Source: Candidatus Sericytochromatia bacterium
Lineage (GTDB): Bacteria > Cyanobacteriota > Sericytochromatia > S15B-MN24 > VGJW01
Assembly: GCA_035285865.1 (NCBI GenBank)
Contig: JAYKHS010000003.1
Coordinates: 96,001-160,000 of the forward strand
Direction of reading: 5' to 3'
Length of the DNA: 64,000 nt
The notes beneath the pieces were generated by a model. The model searched no databases. It had not been told where the DNA came from and was given only the letters and a program-made list of their open reading frames with translations. Shown piece by piece: positions 21,908 through 28,751 of this stretch (the first letter of the stretch is position 1; each line of letters starts with the position of its first letter). The translations under genes and the position numbers were made by a program.

Positions 21908-24072
21908 GGATCGTGCAGCTGGCCCTCTGGGTGGGGGCAATCTGCATCGTCGGGTGGTACGTCGCTGCCGAATGTGCCGAATGGCTGGCCCTCTCCTCGG
22001 AACGGGCACGGGCCGCGCTTCAGGGCAGCCTCCTGGGGGCTGCGCTTGGTGGAGGTCTCGTGGTGCTCGAGGTCTTGCTGCTGGACCCGAGCCTCTTCCG
22101 GACACCTGCACGCTGGGGTGGAGAGGCCCTGCGCGGGGCTGTCGTCGGACTGGTCTTCGGGACGGTCGGATTGCTGGCGGCGGCGGCCGCCTATGCGGGG
22201 CTGGGGCATGCCCCATGGGCCAGAGGCCTCTCGTGGGGGGTGCTGGGTCTCGCCACGGGCCTGACCGAAGGCTTCAAGGCGGCTTCGGCACGGCGGGCCA
22301 GGGCAGCCGGGGTCGGTGCCGGTGTCGGCGGCCTGCTGGGCGGTTGGGTGGTCGAACAGGGCCCCGAGTGGGCCGGGCCGTTGTCGGCCAGCCCGGAAGG
22401 CGCCGTCCTGGTGATGACGATGGGCCTTGCCGCATTGGGAGTCTGCCTAGGGGCCGGCATGGGCCTGGCGCAGGTTCTCACCCGCCGGGCCCGGCTGATC
22501 GTCCTGACCTCCCCGCTCGGAAAGCAGCTGGGCCTCGCCTTCGACATCGGCAGTGTCGCGGCCATCGAGACGATAGGCAGCCTGAAGGCCACGTGGACGC
22601 TCACGGGCGACCCCGGCGTGCTGTCCAGGCATCTGTCCCTGGAGCGCCGGGGGGGAAGCCTTCTGGTGCGTCCGCTTGGCCAAGCACAGGTCGACCGTTC
22701 GGATCGCCCCATGCGGCCGGATGAACTCGGTCAGCTGGCGGATGTGGCGTTCCATCGATTGTCCCCTGAAGCGGCCGTCCACCTGCGGGACGGCGAGATC
22801 CTGCGCATCGGCGAGGGAACCCACCTGCACGTCAGTCTGGAACGTCTGCAGCGGACGAACGATGGCCCCCGTTCGCGGATTCCCGCTTTGGTGCTGATGA
22901 TTGCGGCAGCGTGGGCCATCATCCCTGCCGCGACCTCCGAGGCCCGAACGAATGGCAAGCCGGAGCTGGCCATCCGACTCCAGGATGCCCGCATCCTGCC
23001 GGCGCGAGACACCACGGGCCAGTGGCGCGCACGGGCGAACGTCCTCGTCTTGCGCGGGGATGACCCGGTCGAGGGACTCGGTGCCGAAGCCTTCAAGGCC
23101 TCGCTCGACGGCAAGGCCATCCCGATCGCCGCTGCCGGCACGGGGCATGAGTCGCGTCAACCCATCTGCGTGGCTCTCGTCCTTGACCGATCCGGGAGCA
23201 TGCTGGCGAAGGCGCGTCCCCACGGCCCGGCCAGCCGCATGCAAGTGGTGCGGGAAGCAGCCTTGGCTTTCGTCAGACTCCTGGATCCGCGAGACCAGGT
23301 CATGATCGTTTCCTTCGACCGGAACGTGGACGTCCAGGCCCCGACCAGCGATCGGGATCGCCTCGAGCGCGCCATAGCCCAGATCGAACCGGACCGCTGG
23401 GGTGCCGGGACCACGAACCTGCGCGGCGCCGTCGAACGGGCCCTGAACGAGCTGGCCCGGCACCGCGGCCCGGATGCCGGACTCAGGCTGGCCCTCGTCG
23501 CCCTGACGGATGGCGCGCACAACGTGCCCGGCGCACCTTCGCCGGATAGTCTTGTCCGCTCGGCCCGCTCCATCGGCTGCCCGATCCACGCCATCGCCTA
23601 CGGACGCACGGACGCCCCGCGGGGCAGTCGGGACTGGGTCGACGTGCCCGGATTGAAGCAACTCGCCGGGGAGGGGGGCGGCATCTTCCAGATGGCTCCG
23701 GACGTGGCCGCGCTGAATGACGCCTGGGGGCGCATCCTGCGTGCCATCCGCGGCAGCTACGGCCTCGAGCTTGCCCTGGGGCGACGCGTCCCCGACCCCT
23801 ACACCCACGTCCTGGAGGTGCGGCTCGCCGGCACCACCGCTCGCGCAAGCGGCCACGTCAGCGGCGGCATGGTCCCCTCACTTCCGGGAACAGCAGGCAT
23901 GCGCCTCGCCATCTGGCTGCCGATGGCCCTGCTGCTCGCGCTGGGCGGTCTTGCCGTGCCACCGGGGTGGCGTCGCCTGGAACGCCTGCTTGCCCCCACG
24001 GAGCACCCGCCGCCCATCCGGAGCGAGGCCTTGGCCCTCTGGGAAGCCCACAAGAAAAGGGGCGCGTCATGA
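21904..24072 (+). CDS. multi-TM + FHA-like + vWA domain membrane protein
   Basis: TTG start overlaps the ATPase TGA. About 6 Gly-rich TM helices; FHA-like segment (TIGS...GDPGVLSRHL...LRDGEILRIG); one TM; vWA with MIDAS DRSGS, T and LTDG; C-terminal TM. Confidence 0.85.
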   Translation: MRIVQLALWVGAICIVGWYVAAECAEWLALSSERARAALQGSLLGAALGGGLVVLEVLLLDPSLFRTPARWGGEALRGAVVGLVFGTVGLLAAAAAYAGLGHAPWARGLSWGVLGLATGLTEGFKAASARRARAAGVGAGVGGLLGGWVVEQGPEWAGPLSASPEGAVLVMTMGLAALGVCLGAGMGLAQVLTRRARLIVLTSPLGKQLGLAFDIGSVAAIETIGSLKATWTLTGDPGVLSRHLSLERRGGSLLVRPLGQAQVDRSDRPMRPDELGQLADVAFHRLSPEAAVHLRDGEILRIGEGTHLHVSLERLQRTNDGPRSRIPALVLMIAAAWAIIPAATSEARTNGKPELAIRLQDARILPARDTTGQWRARANVLVLRGDDPVEGLGAEAFKASLDGKAIPIAAAGTGHESRQPICVALVLDRSGSMLAKARPHGPASRMQVVREAALAFVRLLDPRDQVMIVSFDRNVDVQAPTSDRDRLERAIAQIEPDRWGAGTTNLRGAVERALNELARHRGPDAGLRLALVALTDGAHNVPGAPSPDSLVRSARSIGCPIHAIAYGRTDAPRGSRDWVDVPGLKQLAGEGGGIFQMAPDVAALNDAWGRILRAIRGSYGLELALGRRVPDPYTHVLEVRLAGTTARASGHVSGGMVPSLPGTAGMRLAIWLPMALLLALGGLAVPPGWRRLERLLAPTEHPPPIRSEALALWEAHKKRGAS

Positions 24073-25226
24073 GTCGCATGGCACGCCTCGAGCAGATCCC
24101 GTGGTGGAACAGCGCGATGTTGGCAGAAGCCACCGTCCTGCTGGCCGGGGTCGGTGCCGTGGGCAACGAGGTGCTCAAGAATCTGGCCCTGATGGGCGTG
24201 GGGCGCGTGGTTCTGGTCGACAGGGACAAGGTCGCGCTGCATAACCTCTCGCGCAGTGTCCTCTTCCGACCGGAACACGTCGGCATGGCCAAGGCGAAGG
24301 CCGCTGCGGAGTCGGCGCTCGGACTGGCCCCCGAGGCCGTCTTCGTGCCCCTCGAGATGGACGTGGCAAAGGTTTCGCCAGCCCTGGCCGCATGGGTGGA
24401 CGTCGCGATCGGGGCCTTGGACAGCCTTGCGGCACAGGTGCGGCTTGGCCGACTGTGTCGGGTTGCCGGCATCCCTTGGGTCCAGGGGGGACTCGGCGAC
24501 GCCACGGACCTTTTCAAGGCCACGCTGGCCACGCATCCGGGCGAGGAGGGGCCTTGCCTCGAATGCCGGCTTCCCGAGGGCCTGGGAGACCGCCTGCTGG
24601 CCGAGGACCTGCCCCGCGGAGGGTGTGCCGAGGCCGGTCGAGAAGCCGAGGCAGCCGGTGGCGTCCCCTCGACGCCGATGACCGCCTCCATTCTGGGCGG
24701 GCTGCTGGCGCTCGAGGCCCTAGCCGTCCTTCACGCGCGCCGTGGTCTTCCCGGTCCGGACAGCCCCCCGGCGTGGGGCACCCACGCCCATTGGAATCTC
24801 CGCGTGCCCTCGGTCCACGCTCTTCGGGGCACGACGGTCCGACCCGAATGCCCGTGGCACGAACCCGTGCGCGTCCACAGGCTGGACCGCCAGATGGCCA
24901 ACCTGCCGATTGCCCACCTCTGGGACGTGCTTGGGCCATCAGGCATGGCCGGCCTCGAGGGTCACCTCGTCCGACACGCGGCCTGCCCAGGATGCAGGGC
25001 CAGCGCCGACTGGCGCTGGTGCCCCGACCTCCCTGCCCCGTGCCCTCACTGCGGTACCCCGGACCCGGCGGCCGAAAGTCTGCGTCATCTGCCGCGTGCA
25101 CACGCCCAATGCGCCCGTACGCCGCGCGCACTGGGAATCCCGCCGGGCATCGGCCTCCGCTGGTTCGATGGGGACGAGGCATGGACCGTGACGTGGCCCG
25201 GCGTCCTCGGGGACCTCAGCCCGTGA
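24069..25226 (+). CDS. E1-like ubiquitin-activating enzyme (ThiF/MoeB/UBA superfamily) with C-terminal Zn ribbon
   Basis: ATGA overlap; GVGAVG, DRDKV-HNLSR, CLEC, putative catalytic Cys in GGCAE (24624-24626), CPWH, then CPGC/CPHC. Confidence 0.9.
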   Translation: MSRMARLEQIPWWNSAMLAEATVLLAGVGAVGNEVLKNLALMGVGRVVLVDRDKVALHNLSRSVLFRPEHVGMAKAKAAAESALGLAPEAVFVPLEMDVAKVSPALAAWVDVAIGALDSLAAQVRLGRLCRVAGIPWVQGGLGDATDLFKATLATHPGEEGPCLECRLPEGLGDRLLAEDLPRGGCAEAGREAEAAGGVPSTPMTASILGGLLALEALAVLHARRGLPGPDSPPAWGTHAHWNLRVPSVHALRGTTVRPECPWHEPVRVHRLDRQMANLPIAHLWDVLGPSGMAGLEGHLVRHAACPGCRASADWRWCPDLPAPCPHCGTPDPAAESLRHLPRAHAQCARTPRALGIPPGIGLRWFDGDEAWTVTWPGVLGDLSP

Positions 25227-25858
25227 GCCCCTTGGCACGGACCATCCTGGCGAGCCTCGTGCCCGTTGCCGCCACGCTGGCTGCCATCCGCAGCCTGCCC
25301 GGCGTCCTCGTGTTGGCGCCGGCCGGCACCATGCTGTCCGTGCTGGCCGCGGCCATCGCCTGGCGGACGAGGCGGCCGAATATCGCTGCCTGGGCCACGG
25401 GCAAGGCCGCCGGGTTCCTCGCTGGCATCGGTCTGCTTGCCTCAGGTGCCGTGGTGCTGGCGACCCGAGGCGATTGGCGGCAGGGTGCCCTCGCAACCCT
25501 GGCCTGGGCGGCAGGCCTCGCCGCGGCGACGTGGCGGGGAGCCGTGGTCCGCGAAACACCCGGAAGACACTTGTTCCGCCTGATCCGGGAAAAGCGCCGC
25601 AGCCCGACTGGTTCGTGTCCGGTGCCGAATTGCCCGGAGCCGCCACTGTCCTGCGACAGGAACGGCTGTGCCCGCGTGCTGTGCGGCACGCACTGGATCA
25701 TGGCCGAGGCCAGATGCGCCGAGTGCGGGCACGACGGCCTTCTGGCCCGACCGAACGCGGGCCGCCGTCACCCCGCTTGGACGGCAGCCCCACTAATTCT
25801 GGCACTGGCCGGAGGCATCGCACTGTTGATGACGTCGTCGCTGCTCCGGGGAACATGA
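25223..25858 (+). CDS. membrane protein with RING-like Cys/His finger (candidate E3 ligase)
   Basis: GTGA overlap; about 4 TM, then C-x4-C-x6-C-x4-C-x4-C-x2-H-W-x6-C-x2-C, then a C-terminal TM. Confidence 0.7.
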   Translation: MSPLARTILASLVPVAATLAAIRSLPGVLVLAPAGTMLSVLAAAIAWRTRRPNIAAWATGKAAGFLAGIGLLASGAVVLATRGDWRQGALATLAWAAGLAAATWRGAVVRETPGRHLFRLIREKRRSPTGSCPVPNCPEPPLSCDRNGCARVLCGTHWIMAEARCAECGHDGLLARPNAGRRHPAWTAAPLILALAGGIALLMTSSLLRGT

Positions 25859-25864
25859 AACGAC

Positions 25865-26137
25865 ATGCCGCAGTACGTGATCGAGATTCTGGACCAGGAC
25901 CTGAAGGACAGGGCCCGTGGTGCCAAGGCCTATGACGTCGCGACGGGCACCACGGTTGCCGCCCTGAAGGCGGCGCTCGTCGACCAGTGGGGCCTGCCCC
26001 GCCGGGACATGCGGGGAGAGGTCCGACCCTACATGATGGCGTGGAACGGCGAGTTGCTGGACGATGGCGACGTGCTCGACGTCCGGATTCCGGACGGGGC
26101 GACGCTCGCGATGGCCAGTCCGGGGACCGTGGCGTGA
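25865..26137 (+). CDS. ubiquitin-like beta-grasp protein (YukD/EsaB-like Ubl)
   Basis: 90 aa; TTVAALKAALVDQWGLP...YMMAWNGELLDDGDVLDVRIPDGATLAM matches the beta-grasp pattern (compare ubiquitin GKQLEDGRTL...ESTLHL); lies between E1 and E2. Confidence 0.85.
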   Translation: MPQYVIEILDQDLKDRARGAKAYDVATGTTVAALKAALVDQWGLPRRDMRGEVRPYMMAWNGELLDDGDVLDVRIPDGATLAMASPGTVA

Positions 26138-26766
26138 CGGCGTGGCTGGCCGAGCACCTGACGCGCCAGTGGGATGGCCTGCAAGCCCTGATCACGCGGC
26201 TCGGGGCGGCATCGCTGATCGAAGCCGAACCGACCGCCTGGCTGGACCCCGTGGGCCGCAAGGCACCCGTGCGCATCGACCTCGCCTTGCGAACGGTCGC
26301 CATCGTGGACATGGAGGTACGCGGTCGGTCTCTGGTCCGGGAGTTCGGCGGGGACGCCGAAGGCTTCGTTCGCGTCACGGATCCGGCCCCACTGGACTGG
26401 GAGCCGGTTTTCGCCGAACCGCTCGAGAACAGCTCCCACGGCCCTATCCGGGTCCGCCTCTTCCTTCCGGATGACCTGAACCGGCCCGCAAGCCCCGAGG
26501 TGTATTTCCTCGACCGGGTCTGGCATCCGAACATCCGATGGGACAACGGACTTGCCTGCTACGGTGACAAGCAGGCCTGGGCCCAGCCGGACCGATCGCT
26601 GGCCGATCTGGTCCGACGCCTGTTCCTGATGACGGCCTTTGCAGACGCCGGTGCGGTGAACATGGACGAGGCGCATGCCCTGAACAAGCAGGCCCTGCGC
26701 TGGTACCGCGACACGCTGGCGGAGATGCCCGAACTCTTCCCGCTGTCCCGCAGGATTCCCGCTTGA
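26134..26766 (+). CDS. E2 ubiquitin-conjugating enzyme (UBC fold)
   Basis: GTGA overlap; LFLPDD..PASPEVYF..VWHPNIRWDNGLAC (HPN plus catalytic Cys at 26557-26559), SLADLV and ALNKQALRWY. Confidence 0.92.
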   Translation: MTAWLAEHLTRQWDGLQALITRLGAASLIEAEPTAWLDPVGRKAPVRIDLALRTVAIVDMEVRGRSLVREFGGDAEGFVRVTDPAPLDWEPVFAEPLENSSHGPIRVRLFLPDDLNRPASPEVYFLDRVWHPNIRWDNGLACYGDKQAWAQPDRSLADLVRRLFLMTAFADAGAVNMDEAHALNKQALRWYRDTLAEMPELFPLSRRIPA

Positions 26767-27413
26767 AGGCAGCACGCTGCTGGCCCGGTCTGCCTGACGG
26801 GGCCCCGCGGGTGCTGGTCGAGGAGGCGTTCCTCGAACGGTTGGCGCGCTTCGGAGAGCGCTCGGCAATGGCCGGCCGGGAGGCCGGAGCCTTTATCCTG
26901 GGCAAGGCCGAAAAGCTTCGTGATGGCTGGCAGATCGCCCTTGAAGAACTGCAGGAGATCGAAGGAGAGGCCGACGCCGAGTCCTTCACCTTTCCTGCCG
27001 AGGCGTTCCTGAAGGCCCACCAGAGATGGCGAACCTGGTCCGTGGACGAGATCGCGGCCCGTCCCGGCACGACGTGCGTCGTCGGCTGGTGCCACACCCA
27101 TCCCGGACACGGCGTGTTCCTGTCGCCGCCGGATCTCGAGGTGCAGCATCGCAAGTTTCCCTTGCCCTTCCAGATTGCTCTGGTGGTCGATCCCCTTGCC
27201 GAATCAGCCGACCGGCGGATGGGCCTGGTGGCGTGGGTGAGAGAGGGCACGCTCTCGCCCCACCTGCCGGACGGCATCGCGTACTTCCCCACCGCCGCTC
27301 CCAGGCAAGCCGATCAGAAACGGCCCTTTGCGGTCGCCGGACAGCACTGGAACTGGGGCATCCTGCCCCTGCTGGCGGCCGCAGGCTGGTGGCTCTGGCA
27401 CCATGGCTTCTGA
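26763..27413 (+). CDS. JAB/MPN+ (JAMM) metallo-isopeptidase with C-terminal membrane anchor
   Basis: TTGA overlap; EAGAFILG and GWCHTHPGHGVFLSPPD (E...HxH-x7-S-x2-D), ALVVDP; hydrophobic tail WGILPLLAAAGWWLW. Confidence 0.92.
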   Translation: MKAARCWPGLPDGAPRVLVEEAFLERLARFGERSAMAGREAGAFILGKAEKLRDGWQIALEELQEIEGEADAESFTFPAEAFLKAHQRWRTWSVDEIAARPGTTCVVGWCHTHPGHGVFLSPPDLEVQHRKFPLPFQIALVVDPLAESADRRMGLVAWVREGTLSPHLPDGIAYFPTAAPRQADQKRPFAVAGQHWNWGILPLLAAAGWWLWHHGF

Positions 27414-27428
27414 CTCGGAGGCAGAAAC

Positions 27429-27734
27429 GTGAACGGCGAGCCAGAAGGGCCCATCATCCGCTCCATACGGGACCTGGCCTCAGGGAAGTGGGTCAAGCCC
27501 CCGAGTCCCGAAGGCCCGGTGCCCGGACCTGCATCGGCAGCGACCGGACGCCCGGACCTCGAGGAACGCTTGCTGCACGCGGAGCGTCTGGTCGCCGATT
27601 ATCAAGAGGCGCTTGTCTCGGCTCATGAACAAGTGCGTGCCCTGCAGGACCAGGTCGCCCTCCTCGAGGATCGGATCCGTACCTTGAATCTCGAACAGGG
27701 CATCCGGCCCGGTGGCGAACGGGAGGCCCTGTGA
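27429..27734 (+). CDS. small coiled-coil hypothetical protein
   Basis: GGAGG RBS and GTG start; heptad pattern LEERLLHAERLVADYQEALVSAHEQVRALQDQVALLEDRIRTL. Confidence 0.75.
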   Translation: MNGEPEGPIIRSIRDLASGKWVKPPSPEGPVPGPASAATGRPDLEERLLHAERLVADYQEALVSAHEQVRALQDQVALLEDRIRTLNLEQGIRPGGEREAL

Positions 27735-28654
27735 GCGCGGAAGGCGATCTCGTCATCAATGCCCTGGTCGTTCCGGTCGGCGTGACAGGGCTTGCCGTCG
27801 GCACGGCCGCCCTCAAGGGCGGGGCATTGCTGGCTGCGACGGCCTGTGATGCAGCAGCGATCGCGGGACACGGTCTTTGGCAGGCTACCGACACAGCCGG
27901 TCGGCTCGGGGCCTGGGCCGTTCGAACGGGGGCCGAATGGGTCCAGAGCATGCAGGATGCGTGGCAAGCCGAGGTGGCGCGCCAGGAGAAGGCCCACGAA
28001 GCTCGATTCGCAGACCGGGATGCCCTTCGCACGCAGGCGATCCGGACCATGGCGCATCTGGCCCAGATCGAGCGTGCCAGGCAAGTTGCTGGATCTACGG
28101 GCGTCGCGGCCGATGCCGAACTGGCGGCGTGGGCCACGGCCGGTCGCCACTGCCTGGGCCTGCTGGAGCAGAACACGACCGCCGCCCTTCCGGCCGTCTC
28201 GCAGTGGCTCGAACAGATGGAGCAGGTTCGTCGTGAAGGCCTGCGCACCCTGGAGAGCATCCAGCAGACCCATGTCGGTGATCTGCTTGTCGAAGCCCTC
28301 GAGGCCTCGGGCTACACCGTCGTGCGAGACGAGCCCTTCGGCACGGACAGACGACTCTCGGCGATGCGCCCAGAGCCGCCTCGGAGGGTGGTCTGGCGCT
28401 TGTCGCCCGGTGGACGGCTCGCCTTCGACGTGACGGATGGCTACGCCGGACAGGACTGCCACGATCTGCTTGCCGACGTACTCGACCACATGCGGCGGCG
28501 CGGCGTGCGCTTCACGCTCGGCCCCGAACTGGATGCGGTCGACCGCATCCTCAGAAGGGTCGGAACGGCCTTCGAGGCCTCGGGGGGGCGATTCCGCACA
28601 GAGCACCTGGGTGTAGGTCCCGATCACGAAGAGCCCGGACGACAGCGGGAGTAA
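27731..28654 (+). CDS. hypothetical protein: hydrophobic N-terminus, coiled coil, DUF1257/DUF2997-like C-terminus
   Basis: GTGA overlap with GGAGG RBS; LLVEALEASGYTV and WRLSPGGRLAFDVTDGYAGQDCHDLL motifs. Confidence 0.7.
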   Translation: MSAEGDLVINALVVPVGVTGLAVGTAALKGGALLAATACDAAAIAGHGLWQATDTAGRLGAWAVRTGAEWVQSMQDAWQAEVARQEKAHEARFADRDALRTQAIRTMAHLAQIERARQVAGSTGVAADAELAAWATAGRHCLGLLEQNTTAALPAVSQWLEQMEQVRREGLRTLESIQQTHVGDLLVEALEASGYTVVRDEPFGTDRRLSAMRPEPPRRVVWRLSPGGRLAFDVTDGYAGQDCHDLLADVLDHMRRRGVRFTLGPELDAVDRILRRVGTAFEASGGRFRTEHLGVGPDHEEPGRQRE

Positions 28655-28751
28655 CGGCCGACCCCACCGAAAGTCTTTCCGAAAGCCACGCTTCGCTTCA
28701 TCATGCCAAGCACCCCGCTACGTTCCTGCACAACCCTGGAGGAGTGCCGAC

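Noticed and set aside
24069..26137. E1 + Ubl as a ThiF/ThiS or MoeB/MoaD sulfur-carrier pair
   Set aside because: No thiamine, molybdopterin or cysteine-synthase genes nearby; the Ubl lacks Gly-Gly; a catalytic E2 is coupled to them.
26132..26161. TGA readthrough or recoding to give the Ubl a terminal Gly
   Set aside because: TGA is the ordinary stop throughout the window, and the GTGA overlap provides the E2 start, matching the other junctions.
20036..28654. CBASS or Pycsar assignment
   Set aside because: No CD-NTase or cyclase and no recognisable effector in the operon. The class III cyclase at 50316 is a distant, ordinary TM-HAMP type.
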